The translations under genes were made by a program, and so were the position numbers. A stretch of DNA of 64,000 nucleotides from Candidatus Zhuqueibacterota bacterium (lineage in GTDB: Bacteria; Zhuqueibacterota; Zhuqueibacteria; Thermofontimicrobiales; Thermofontimicrobiaceae): assembly GCA_049322915.1 (NCBI GenBank), contig JBMOPW010000007.1, positions 308,246 to 372,245 of the forward strand. Reading direction: 5' to 3'. The notes under the pieces are model-generated. The model searched no databases. It was not told the DNA's origin and saw nothing but the letters and a program-made list of their open reading frames with translations. Below are positions 30,755 to 40,403 of the stretch, one piece after another. The stretch's first letter is position 1. Each line of letters starts with the position of its first letter.

Positions 30755-31426
30755 TCAGGCAATGTCGCGCACGCTCTTTCGTGAGCGGGATCGTTCTCTG
30801 AAAAACTCGATCACGCCCGGCAGCACGGAGATCAGGATGATCGCCACGATGACCAGGGAAAAATTTCGTTTCACAACCGGCAGGTTGCCGAAGAAATAGC
30901 CCCCAAGCGTGAACAGCAACACCCAGAGCAAGCCGCCAGCGACATTGAAAACAATGAACCTTCCGTAGGACATGGCTCCAACGCCGGCCACGAACGGCGC
31001 AAAAGTACGGATGATGGGGATGAACCGCGCGATGACGATGGTCTTGCCGCCGTGGCGTTCGTAGAATGCGTGGGTTTTTTCCAGGTATTCTTTCTTGAGA
31101 AAGCGAACGCTGCCGCTGAAGGCGCGCGGGCCGATATAGTTGCCGATCCAGTAATTGACCGTGTCGCCCAGAATCGCTGCGATGGATAATAGAATAAGGA
31201 GCTGTTCAACGCCAAGAGACCCCAGCGCGGCAAAGGTGCCGGCTGCAAACAGGAGCGAATCGCCTGGCAGGAACGGCGTGACAACCAGTCCTGTCTCACA
31301 GAAAATGATCACAAATAAAATGAGATAGGTCCACACGCCATAGTTGCTGATGATTTCGTTCAGATGTTTGTCCAGATGCAGAAACAGCTCGAATAATGAT
31401 TTGCCCAGTTCCAACAAGGCGTCCAT
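30755..31426 (-). CDS. dedA: DedA family membrane protein
   Basis: [22 protein letters not shown] and [16 protein letters not shown] motifs. Confidence 0.93.
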   Translation of the reverse strand: MDALLELGKSLFELFLHLDKHLNEIISNYGVWTYLILFVIIFCETGLVVTPFLPGDSLLFAAGTFAALGSLGVEQLLILLSIAAILGDTVNYWIGNYIGPRAFSGSVRFLKKEYLEKTHAFYERHGGKTIVIARFIPIIRTFAPFVAGVGAMSYGRFIVFNVAGGLLWVLLFTLGGYFFGNLPVVKRNFSLVIVAIILISVLPGVIEFFRERSRSRKSVRDIA

Positions 31427-31622
31427 GTAGCCGGTTCCTTTAAGATAGAGTGAGGATTCAGAGAATTCGCTTTGTCAAACGTTCAACGCGAGCGCGGAGT
31501 TCCAATTGTTTAAAAATTGTGATGAAAAAAACGACCGCGGCGAGCGGGAATTCCCGGGTCCCAATACGTGAACGGCGATGGAGCGGCCGCCCCGTTTAGC
31601 GCCGAAATGACTAAAAAAAATC

Positions 31623-31651
31623 TTGATATTTATCGGTGAGATAAGTATAAT
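31623..31651 (+). promoter_or_regulatory. putative sigma70 promoter for the CDF gene
   Basis: TTGATA-N17-TATAAT. Confidence 0.65.
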
Positions 31652-31731
31652 ACAGCCGCGAAGTAATCGGGCTTTCTGGTGAATTCATCCGAACGATGTG
31701 GCGCAGCGTAACCTCATTCCATTTCATAAAT

Positions 31732-32634
31732 ATGGCTGACGAAAATAAAACCATCAGACTGGGCATTGTGACAGTCATTTTGAATGTTGCATTGATGGCT
31801 GTAAAAATTGCGACCGGCATTCTCGGCAACTCCTACGCCCTCATCGCCGATGGCATTGAATCGGCGACGGATATTTTTACTTCGCTCATCACCTGGGTAG
31901 GATTCCAGCTGTCGCTGCGTCCGCCTGATAGCAAGCATCCCTTCGGTCACGGCAAAATAGAGTCGTTGGCCGGAATTTTTTCAGGACTGGCGCTGTTCTT
32001 TGCCGCAGGAATGATCGGCTATCACAGCATGCGAGAGATTTTAACGCCGCACCACAGTCCGGAATGGTTCACGCTGCCCGTGTTGATTGGCGTTGTCATC
32101 ACAAAAGAGCTGCTATCCCGGCGCATCCAGTCAGTAGCCGGCCAGTTGGACAGTCGCGCCCTTGAGGGAGACGCCTGGCATCATCGCTCCGACGCGCTGA
32201 CGTCCGGCGCTGCCGCAATTGGCATTGCCATTGCGCTGATCGGTGGGCCCGGTCTGTCCATGGCCGATGACTGGGCTGCGCTCCTGGCCTGCACGATTAT
32301 TGTCATAAACGGATCGAGAATCATTTCACGCTCACTGCACGATACCATGGATGGCAGCATCGATCCTGCCTTTGCTGAGTCCATCCGCGCCCAGGCCGTC
32401 AGCATTGAGCGCGTGGCCAGGGCTGAAAAATGTCTGGTTCGGAAGAGCGGAACGAGATATTTCGTGGAGCTGCATATTCAGGTGGATGGTGGACTCTCCG
32501 TGGCCACAGGTCATGAGATCGGTCACCGGGTGAAAGCCCATCTGCTGAAGTATTTTCCCAAATTACAGGACGTCGTTATTCATCTGGAACCCAGCGAGGT
32601 TCACATCGATCCGGGGAGTGACAGCGATGCGTGA
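31732..32634 (+). CDS. cation diffusion facilitator family transporter
   Basis: ADGIESATD, HPFGHGKIE, DAWHHRSDA and C-terminal VIHLEP motifs. Confidence 0.93.
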   Translation: MADENKTIRLGIVTVILNVALMAVKIATGILGNSYALIADGIESATDIFTSLITWVGFQLSLRPPDSKHPFGHGKIESLAGIFSGLALFFAAGMIGYHSMREILTPHHSPEWFTLPVLIGVVITKELLSRRIQSVAGQLDSRALEGDAWHHRSDALTSGAAAIGIAIALIGGPGLSMADDWAALLACTIIVINGSRIISRSLHDTMDGSIDPAFAESIRAQAVSIERVARAEKCLVRKSGTRYFVELHIQVDGGLSVATGHEIGHRVKAHLLKYFPKLQDVVIHLEPSEVHIDPGSDSDA

Positions 32635-32795
32635 GGCCATGAAGCGAAACGATTGCGGCGCGTCCTGCCGGAACTGACGCTCGGCCTTCCGCTGCTGCTT
32701 TGGGACAGGAACGCCGCCTTTAACTTCCTTAAAATCCAATGCAAGCTTCCATGCGAAATCGCTTCTGAAATGGCTGGCTATTGCTAAAATTATAC

Positions 32796-32824
32796 TTGCA
32801 TATAAGTGATAGAATGATTATTAT
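32796..32824 (+). promoter_or_regulatory. putative sigma70 promoter for the two-component genes
   Basis: TTGCAT-N17-TATTAT. Confidence 0.4.
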
Positions 32825-32930
32825 CTTCTGCAGAAAAAAGAATCGCTGGTGAGGTGGAGAGGGTAGCTTTTATCGGTGGTAGCAGAGCGGATTGAGCCAG
32901 CGAACCAATCACGCAATTTCGGATGAGCGT

Positions 32931-34793
32931 ATGAGCAGCCTGCGTTATAAATTAGGAATGGGGTATTTCATCCTTGTCGGCATTATCATTACTACCAGCG
33001 TTTTCTCGATTTATCATTTCTCGAAATTCGGATCGTTGATTGAAAAAATTCTTCGCAGCAATTATAATGGCATCATCGCTGCAGAGGGGATGGTCATTGC
33101 ACTGGAACGGCAGGAACTGGCCTTGCTATCCGAGTTTGTGGGTAATCAGAAAGAATCAAAAAAGGCATTTGATAAAAACCATTTTCAGTTTCTCTACTGG
33201 TACGAACATGCAATCGAAGGGATGGCCCAACCGCTGGAACCGGTGTTTTTAGACAGCATCAAGATTTCCTATAAACTCTATCTTCAATCCACCGATTCTT
33301 TGTACCATTTCATCCAGATGGAACAGGATTTTTCAAAAGCAAAAGCCTACCAATTCGCTGCGGTCAGGCCCATCGTCACTAAACTCAAGCAGCAATGTAT
33401 TAATTTAATGGAAGTCAATCATAACGCCATAGTGCTGTCCAATGCCGAAGCCAAACGGACGTCGCAGGAGGCGATCATCGCTGTCATCGTTGTCTCGATC
33501 ATTGCCATTTCGACCAGTATCTTCACCTGGTACCAATTGACGCGCATCATTCTCAGGCCGCTGGATAAATTGACCAAGACGATTCGCCGCATCGGCCAGG
33601 GTCATCTTCATCATAAAATTGATATTACGACAGACGATGAAATTGGAGAACTTGGACGCGAATTCAACAAAATGACAGAACGGTTGTACGAATATGATAA
33701 AATTAATCTGGCGCAACTGATCACTGAGAAAAAGAAGACGGAAGCGATTGTCGCCAGTATTCCGGAGCCGATGGTCGTCACCAGCGAAGATAACTCCATT
33801 GTCCTGATGAACAACGAAGCCGCGCATATTTTGCATTTGAAAAACGATGAATGGCCGGGTAAAAAAATCAATGACGTGGTTTTGAATGAGCAATTGAAGC
33901 AACTGCTGACGTTCAATCAGAATCAGATAGATGAAACGGCGATTTCGGAGAACGTTGTTCATGTTCTGGATGGCGAACGAACAAGCTATTATCGGTTATG
34001 CCGGACAAAGATTTTCGACGAGGTGAGCCATGTACAGTGGCTGGTGACCACGCTGCAGGACGTGACCCGTTTCAAACAACTGGATCAGATGAAGACCGAA
34101 TTCATGGCCACGGTCTCCCATGAGTTCAGGACGCCGCTGACGTCCATCAATATGGTGATCGACATTTTGCTGCAGGAGCTTTTGGGCAAGCTCAACCAGC
34201 AGCAGCGCGATTTAATCGCTTCAGCCAAAAACGATTCCGAGCGGCTTTCAAAAATGATGAAAGAATTGTTAGACCTGTCGAAGTTGGAATTGGGCAAATA
34301 TAAAATGAAGATCAGCAGTGTGAACTTCAGAGAGCTCATCGAAACAGCGATCCGTCCGTTGCAGTTGCCGTTTCAGGAAAAGGGGATCGCCCTGGAAATC
34401 TCGGTTGATCCGACACTGCCGGAATTGGCGGTGGATCAGATGCAGATTACATCGGTCATCGTCAATCTTGTGAATAATGCGCTTCGCTACACAGACACCG
34501 GCGGTCGTGTTTCCATCATTGCGTCCCTGGAGGGGGATGACGTGCAAGTGTGCGTGGCCGATAACGGCCGGGGCATTCCCACTGAATCCATAGGCTCCAT
34601 TTTCGATAAATTTGTCCAGGTGAAACAACCCGCGGATTTAACCCCCGGCAGCGTCGGTCTCGGTTTGTCCATCGCCAAAGAACGGGTAAAAATGCACGGC
34701 GGTCAGATCTGGGTCGAGAGCAAAGTGGGTCGGGGCAGCCAATTTTATTTTACGCTTCCCTTGCAACGAAATTCAGAGGATCAATCAGAATGA
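32931..34793 (+). CDS. sensor histidine kinase (periplasmic helical sensor, HAMP, PAS, HisKA, HATPase), KinB-like
   Basis: Two TMs; DEIGELGREFNKM (HAMP); SHEFRTPLT; NLVNNALRY; DNGRGI; GLGLSI. Confidence 0.93.
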   Translation: MSSLRYKLGMGYFILVGIIITTSVFSIYHFSKFGSLIEKILRSNYNGIIAAEGMVIALERQELALLSEFVGNQKESKKAFDKNHFQFLYWYEHAIEGMAQPLEPVFLDSIKISYKLYLQSTDSLYHFIQMEQDFSKAKAYQFAAVRPIVTKLKQQCINLMEVNHNAIVLSNAEAKRTSQEAIIAVIVVSIIAISTSIFTWYQLTRIILRPLDKLTKTIRRIGQGHLHHKIDITTDDEIGELGREFNKMTERLYEYDKINLAQLITEKKKTEAIVASIPEPMVVTSEDNSIVLMNNEAAHILHLKNDEWPGKKINDVVLNEQLKQLLTFNQNQIDETAISENVVHVLDGERTSYYRLCRTKIFDEVSHVQWLVTTLQDVTRFKQLDQMKTEFMATVSHEFRTPLTSINMVIDILLQELLGKLNQQQRDLIASAKNDSERLSKMMKELLDLSKLELGKYKMKISSVNFRELIETAIRPLQLPFQEKGIALEISVDPTLPELAVDQMQITSVIVNLVNNALRYTDTGGRVSIIASLEGDDVQVCVADNGRGIPTESIGSIFDKFVQVKQPADLTPGSVGLGLSIAKERVKMHGGQIWVESKVGRGSQFYFTLPLQRNSEDQSE

Positions 34794-36118
34794 CGAGCGA
34801 AAAACCGAAAGTCATAATCGTGGACGATGAGCCCAACATTTTGAGAACCATGAGTATTTGTTTTGATTCGATTGGATTTCAGACCTATTCGTTTTTGAAG
34901 CCGCAGGAAGCGGTGAAGACGCTTCAACAGGAGCGATTCGAATTGGCGTTTGTCGACCTGAAGATGTCGCCGATCAATGGAATGGAAATGCTGGATGAGT
35001 TTAAAAAATATTCGCCGGATACTACAGTGGTCATTATCACCGCCCATGGTTCGATCGACAGCGCCATTGATGCGATAAAAAAAGGCGCATACAATTATCT
35101 GCAAAAGCCTTTTGATTTCAAAGAGCTGCAATTGTTCGCACAGAAGGCGCTGGAATACCATCGTTTGAATAGCGAGGTCAAAGACCTGCGCCGGCAATTG
35201 GCTGCCGGGCAGCATACGACTGAATTTATCACCCGCAATTCCCAGATGAAGGCGATACTGGACCTCGCTGCGCAGATTGCGGATAGCTCCATGAGCGTGC
35301 TTATAGAAGGGGAGAGCGGCACCGGCAAGGAATTGATTGCGCGGTTGATTCACCAGAATAGTCCCCGAGCCGATAAACAGATGATTAAGGTCAATTGCGC
35401 TGCATTGCCCGAAGGCCTGCTGGAGAGTGAGCTGTTTGGCCACATCAAAGGCGCATTTACCGGCGCGATAAAAGATCGGGATGGCCGGTTTAAATTGGCC
35501 GATGGCGGCACAATATTCCTGGATGAGATTGCTGAAATGTCGCTGGCGACACAAGCCAAATTGCTGCGCGTCCTGCAGGATAAAGAATACGAACGGCTGG
35601 GAGAAGACATCTCGCGAAAGGTGGATGTTCGCGTCATTGCAGCGACCAATAAAAATATCGATGAAGCATTGAAAGAAGGCAGCTTTCGTGAAGATTTATT
35701 TTACCGCCTGAACGTGGTTCGTTTTCGACTCCTGCCTTTGCGGGATCGCCTGGAAGATATACCGCTGTTGATTCACTTCTTTCTCGAAAAATATACTCAG
35801 GGTAAAGAGGTTGACATTTCTGCGGAAGCGATGAAGGCGCTCTGCACGTATCGATGGAGCGGCAACGTGCGGGAACTGGAACACGTGATGGAGCGGGCGG
35901 TATTGTTAGCGAAGAATGACATAATCGAATTGATCCATTTGCCGGAAGAAATCAATTCCACTCTGGAACGGCCGCAATCCACTTTTTCGCTGGAAGAGAT
36001 AGAGAAGTCCCATATCAAGCGGGTTCTGCAACATGCCAAAGATTACGATGAAGCTGCGCAAATACTCGGCATCGATCCAGCTACCCTCTGGCGAAAGCGA
36101 AAAAAATACAGCCTGTAA
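34790..36118 (+). CDS. sigma54-dependent response regulator (NtrC family, AlgB-like)
   Basis: Receiver domain (VDDE, DLKM); GESGTGKE; intact GAFTGA; HTH LGIDPATLWRKRKKY. Confidence 0.95.
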   Translation: MTSEKPKVIIVDDEPNILRTMSICFDSIGFQTYSFLKPQEAVKTLQQERFELAFVDLKMSPINGMEMLDEFKKYSPDTTVVIITAHGSIDSAIDAIKKGAYNYLQKPFDFKELQLFAQKALEYHRLNSEVKDLRRQLAAGQHTTEFITRNSQMKAILDLAAQIADSSMSVLIEGESGTGKELIARLIHQNSPRADKQMIKVNCAALPEGLLESELFGHIKGAFTGAIKDRDGRFKLADGGTIFLDEIAEMSLATQAKLLRVLQDKEYERLGEDISRKVDVRVIAATNKNIDEALKEGSFREDLFYRLNVVRFRLLPLRDRLEDIPLLIHFFLEKYTQGKEVDISAEAMKALCTYRWSGNVRELEHVMERAVLLAKNDIIELIHLPEEINSTLERPQSTFSLEEIEKSHIKRVLQHAKDYDEAAQILGIDPATLWRKRKKYSL

Positions 36119-36227
36119 TTTTACAATTTTTTCATAATCATGAATTTTGCAATTAATGTCATCTAATTATTCTGAAGAGGTTATAAGTTATTTTTCAACC
36201 GAGCGCAAAACCATCTTGCATTTTGCA
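36114..36227. promoter_or_regulatory. candidate enhancer (UAS) sites for the NtrC-type regulator
   Basis: Three related dyads: TGTAATTTTACA (36114), TGAATTTTGCA (36141) and TGCATTTTGCA (36217). Confidence 0.4.
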
Positions 36228-36300
36228 GTGGCCGATAGTAGATGATTTCGTGACCACCACAATATATAGACAAAACCGGGACAAAATTGCCTAAATTTTG

Positions 36301-36316
36301 TGGCATGACTATTGTA
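36301..36316 (+). promoter_or_regulatory. candidate sigma54 (-24/-12) promoter
   Basis: TGGCATGACTATTGTA versus consensus TGGCAC-N5-TTGCW (GT instead of GC at -12); directly downstream of a sigma54 activator gene. Confidence 0.55.
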
Positions 36317-36374
36317 ATCAGTGAAGCGCGAGCTAAATAAACGGTGGGGCCTTTAAACAAAAACGAGAAAACCT

Positions 36375-36734
36375 ATGGGACTAAAGATCTTGACCTTAGA
36401 CAATCTTGACATCGCTATTATCGAGCCGCATGGCACGATAACCGGCGGCAACGAGATTGACGAGCTGAAAGTGAAAGCGCGTGATTTGCTCGATCAGGGA
36501 AATAGAAAGCTGATCATCGATCTGGGCAAAATCACGTACATCAACAGTATGGGAATTGGCACTCTGGTCCACATTTACACCTCGTATCAAAATGCCAAAG
36601 GCAAAATTAAACTTTGCAATCTTGGCAAGAGTGTCCAGAACATTTTCGTCATCACCAAGCTTTCAAGTGTCTTTGATGTCTTAGATACTCGCGAAAGCGC
36701 CATTGAGAGTTTTCAAGCAAAGGCTAATAGTTAA
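36375..36734 (+). CDS. STAS domain protein (anti-sigma factor antagonist-like)
   Basis: LIIDLGKITYINSMGIGTL and IFVITKL motifs. Confidence 0.9.
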   Translation: MGLKILTLDNLDIAIIEPHGTITGGNEIDELKVKARDLLDQGNRKLIIDLGKITYINSMGIGTLVHIYTSYQNAKGKIKLCNLGKSVQNIFVITKLSSVFDVLDTRESAIESFQAKANS

Positions 36735-36766
36735 TTAACTTGTTCAAAATTTAGGAGTAACTAACA

Positions 36767-37507
36767 ATGAAACAATCAGTCTTTATCACTGTTCTGCTTG
36801 TTGTAGCAACTGTCATTTCAGTGCTCATCTATATGTATCTGTTACCTGATTTTATTAAAGATGGTGGTCCGCTCGTAGTGGTTTTGATCATTCTCACTAT
36901 CATGGTCGCAACATTCATTTTTGAACGTCTGTTTTCATTGCGTAAAGCGCAAGGCACCGGTTCCCTGGGTGTTTTCTTAAGACAAGTGCAACAGCATATC
37001 AATGATGGCGCCATTGACGAAGCCATCGCTGCCTGCGATAAACAAAGAGGCTCATGCGCCAATATTCTCCGTACCGGACTTGATCGGTATCGCGTTCTGA
37101 AGAGCGAAGGCGATGTAGTCGGTCAGCGTGAAATTCTCGAAAAAGTGCAGCAGTCCATTAACGAATCCATGATGCTGGAAGTACCGCTATTGGAGAAAAA
37201 TCTGGTAGCTTTGTCGACGATTGCTTCCATCGCGACCATGGTCGGTTTGTTAGGTACAACGATCGGAATGATTCGTGCATTTAGAGCTCTAGCCCATTCC
37301 GGCGCCCCGGATGCCGTTCAATTGTCAATTGGTATTTCTGAAGCCCTTATCAATACCGCTGGTGGCCTCATTGCCGCTATCGCCGGTATCGTTGCATATA
37401 ACTTCTTCACTACAAAAGTTGATAACTTCACCTACATGATTGATGAGGCGAGCTATTCCATCGTTCAGTCTCTCACAGTGAATCCGGTTAAGACACGTAA
37501 TCGATAG
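36767..37507 (+). CDS. exbB: MotA/TolQ/ExbB proton channel family protein
   Basis: LSTIASIATMVGLLGTTIGMIRAF and GISEALINTAGG motifs. Confidence 0.92.
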   Translation: MKQSVFITVLLVVATVISVLIYMYLLPDFIKDGGPLVVVLIILTIMVATFIFERLFSLRKAQGTGSLGVFLRQVQQHINDGAIDEAIAACDKQRGSCANILRTGLDRYRVLKSEGDVVGQREILEKVQQSINESMMLEVPLLEKNLVALSTIASIATMVGLLGTTIGMIRAFRALAHSGAPDAVQLSIGISEALINTAGGLIAAIAGIVAYNFFTTKVDNFTYMIDEASYSIVQSLTVNPVKTRNR

Positions 37508-37520
37508 ATAGAGGTTCAAT

Positions 37521-37985
37521 ATGGCAAAACCGAAAATGAGGCGGGTTTCGATCCGCATTGATATGACCCCAATGGTGGACGTTGCGTTCTTATTGTTGAC
37601 ATTCTTCATGTTGACGACGCAATTTCGCCCACCGGAAGAAGTGGTTATTGAACTTCCTTCGTCACATTCGGCCTTCAAAGTGCCGGATTCGGATGTGCTG
37701 ATTCTCACGGTGGACAAGGACGGCAACATCTTTGTCGGACTGGATTCCCAGGTTCTCCGCGCCCGCGTGTTTGGCGAAGAGAATAAATACCGCATGGGAA
37801 TTCAGGTGGATAAAAATGATCTGGGCAATATCCTGATCCAGGCGCGTATGGCCAATCCGAAATTACGCACGATCGTCAAAGGGGATAAAAATGCACCTTA
37901 CGGCCCCATTGAAGATGTGATGACGATCTTGCAAAAAGTAAAAATTACTCGTTTCAATTTAGTGACCGATCTTGAAAGGACATAA
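37521..37985 (+). CDS. exbD: ExbD/TolR family protein (copy 1)
   Basis: IDMTPMVDVAFLLLTFFMLTT with the conserved TM Asp; KGDKNAPY. Confidence 0.92.
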   Translation: MAKPKMRRVSIRIDMTPMVDVAFLLLTFFMLTTQFRPPEEVVIELPSSHSAFKVPDSDVLILTVDKDGNIFVGLDSQVLRARVFGEENKYRMGIQVDKNDLGNILIQARMANPKLRTIVKGDKNAPYGPIEDVMTILQKVKITRFNLVTDLERT

Positions 37986-37997
37986 AGGAGAATTAGC

Positions 37998-38507
37998 ATG
38001 GGCGGTCTTAATGCAGGTGACGAATCAAAGAGTCGCTCTAAAAAGACTAGCAAGAAGTTTAAAAAGAAGCCTCGCGTAGGCCTTCGTATCGATATGACGC
38101 CGATGGTGGACGTTGCATTTCTGCTGTTGACTTTCTTCATGTTGACAACGCATTTCGCAAAACGCCAGACCATGGAAATCAACCTTCCTCCGGATGAAAA
38201 GACAACCGTCGAAGTGGCTGAATCGAATTTACTCACATTGCTGGTTGGAAGCGATTTTTCAATTTATTGGAACATGGGCTCCGAAGCGCCACAGAAAATA
38301 GAGTTCAAATCTCTGCGCCCCTTGCTATTGGAGCGATCTCAGAGCAATCCCAAACTCATCACGCTGGTAAAAGTGGATCGGGAAGGAACCTATTCAATGA
38401 TGGTGGATATAATGGATGAACTGAATCTGGCCAACATCACACGATTCAGTTTAGCGCCTATGTTACCAAAAGATAAGGAAACGTTGGCCAAAATTGCTGG
38501 TACCTAA
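37998..38507 (+). CDS. exbD: ExbD/TolR family protein (copy 2)
   Basis: IDMTPMVDVAFLLLTFFMLTT and Y.MMVDIMDEL motifs. Confidence 0.92.
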   Translation: MGGLNAGDESKSRSKKTSKKFKKKPRVGLRIDMTPMVDVAFLLLTFFMLTTHFAKRQTMEINLPPDEKTTVEVAESNLLTLLVGSDFSIYWNMGSEAPQKIEFKSLRPLLLERSQSNPKLITLVKVDREGTYSMMVDIMDELNLANITRFSLAPMLPKDKETLAKIAGT

Positions 38508-38528
38508 AATACAGAAGGAGAAATAGCA

Positions 38529-39263
38529 ATGGCGGAATATGTGATACCTTCGCCCTTTCAGTATGGCGCCCCAGAGCTTAAGAAAAATTATAAAAAGTAT
38601 TATACGCGTGCACTTGCGATTGCCGTTATTTTGCACATCATTGGAGTTGGCACTTATTGGGGTTCAGTGTACCTGGCAAGAGAAGAGGAACCACAATATC
38701 AGGTTCGCATTATGAAGTATAGTGAACTCGGCCCCCCACCGTCCATCACAGACACACAGGCTGCGCCGGCGATTGCCGTGGCAACCGGTGGCGTGAGACC
38801 GTCGGTGGGTATACCAGTCCCGGTTCCTGATGCTGAAATCAATCCCGAACAGACAATTGCGACACAAGCGGAGATGAGCTCCATCACTGCGCCTCTGCTG
38901 ACGGAGGGCACTGGAGAAGGCGGTGGGGCAACAATGATCGAGCAGGACATCAAAGATATCGTGATTGATGAAGCGCCACCCGATTTTGTGCCCTATGAAA
39001 AAGCACCCATGGTTGTGAAACGCGTCGTCCCGGTCTACCCCGATTTAGCCCGACAGGCTGGATTGGAAGGAACGGTGTGGCTTAAGCTATGGATCGATAA
39101 AGAGGGTAAGGTTAAAAAAGCTGTCATCGTAAAATCCGATGCAGAAATCCTCAATCAGGCAGCAATTGATGCAGCGACACAATGGTTATTTACCCCAGCC
39201 TTGCAGCAGGATAAACCGGTTGCAGTATGGATGGCGGTTCCATTCAAATTCAGTTTAAAATAG
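38529..39263 (+). CDS. tonB: energy transducer TonB
   Basis: YGAPELKKNY N-terminus; single TM with His; Pro-rich linker; YPDLARQAGLEGTV...W.FTPA C-terminal domain. Confidence 0.9.
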   Translation: MAEYVIPSPFQYGAPELKKNYKKYYTRALAIAVILHIIGVGTYWGSVYLAREEEPQYQVRIMKYSELGPPPSITDTQAAPAIAVATGGVRPSVGIPVPVPDAEINPEQTIATQAEMSSITAPLLTEGTGEGGGATMIEQDIKDIVIDEAPPDFVPYEKAPMVVKRVVPVYPDLARQAGLEGTVWLKLWIDKEGKVKKAVIVKSDAEILNQAAIDAATQWLFTPALQQDKPVAVWMAVPFKFSLK

Positions 39264-39266
39264 GTT

Positions 39267-39479
39267 ATGAAAAATCTGTCGCTCTCTATGTTGTTGGCAT
39301 ACGGAGTTTCTATCATCGTTGGGGGGAGCGGCATAGCCATTCTTGTAGGCTTTGCCGTCCCACCCTATGTGCCTAAAAAGATACGATTGACATTTGGAAT
39401 TGTGTTGCTTTTATTGGGAATTTACCGATTTGCCATCAGCCGAATAAAAGCAACTCAAACTCGAGGAGATGGAAAGTGA
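39267..39479 (+). CDS. small 2-TM membrane protein
   Basis: 70 aa; two hydrophobic segments, the second ending in GIYRF; tightly packed between tonB and the next gene. Confidence 0.7.
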   Translation: MKNLSLSMLLAYGVSIIVGGSGIAILVGFAVPPYVPKKIRLTFGIVLLLLGIYRFAISRIKATQTRGDGK

Positions 39480-40390
39480 AGAAGATTTCATTTCTCATCT
39501 TTTTTATTTTTTTTATAGCAGCTTTCATTGCGTGTCAGTCACCGAAAAAAGAGACGCCGACACGCGGCTCATTAGAGATACTGACTTCAGAATCCCATGC
39601 CTCTCTCATGATGAAGGAAGCAGAGGAATTCCAGCGATTATACACAAGCGCAGCGATCACTATTACAGCAACATCGACGCGGGATGCAATTGTCCAGTTG
39701 CTCAATGATAGTGTGGCAACGATTTGCGTCGACCGGCCGCTCAATCCGGAAGAGCAGGCCGTTGTCCAAAAAGCGAACATGAAGCTGTCCACAACAAAAA
39801 TTGCCAAAGATGCCCTGGCAATTTTTGTGAACAAGCAAAATCCAATTCGCCAAATCTCTATTCAAAGTCTTTCAGATATTATCACCGGCCGCGTGCTGGA
39901 CTGGCAACAGGTGCCTGAGTCCCAATGGTCGAATGGTAAAATTCGATTAGCGCTCACGGGTCGCAATTCTGGCTTGTACGAACTTTTGATCCCTCATTTT
40001 TTGAAGCTTTCCACAGAGCCAGCCATCAGCTTTTTAGCTGAAAATCAGAACCAGGTACTCGACTTTGTCATTTCCCATCCCAATGCAATCGGTGTCGCTT
40101 CGGTCCCGGTCGTTCATGACACAACCCGATTCAATAATTCAATCCGGTTGCTCAATGTCGAAGCGACAGATTCCACCAATACGATCACGTATGTGAGATT
40201 GCATCAGGCCAATATCTATCGCGAAACATACCCGTTGAATTACCCAATTTATATGTACTCGACCACCGCTTATGGGAGCCTCGCATCAGGCTTTACGTCG
40301 TTTGTGGCAAGCGCCTCCGGTCAAAAAATTATTCTCAATGCCGGCCTTGTGCCAGCGACTATGCCAGTCAGGTTAGTTCAATTAAAATAG
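39476..40390 (+). CDS. PstS-like (PBP type 2) substrate-binding lipoprotein
   Basis: Lipobox FIAC; IAKDALAIFVNKQNP, W.QV, YPL.YPIY.Y and GQKIIL.AGLVP motifs. Confidence 0.85.
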   Translation: MKKISFLIFFIFFIAAFIACQSPKKETPTRGSLEILTSESHASLMMKEAEEFQRLYTSAAITITATSTRDAIVQLLNDSVATICVDRPLNPEEQAVVQKANMKLSTTKIAKDALAIFVNKQNPIRQISIQSLSDIITGRVLDWQQVPESQWSNGKIRLALTGRNSGLYELLIPHFLKLSTEPAISFLAENQNQVLDFVISHPNAIGVASVPVVHDTTRFNNSIRLLNVEATDSTNTITYVRLHQANIYRETYPLNYPIYMYSTTAYGSLASGFTSFVASASGQKIILNAGLVPATMPVRLVQLK

Positions 40391-40403
40391 GAGATTTCAT
40401 CGC

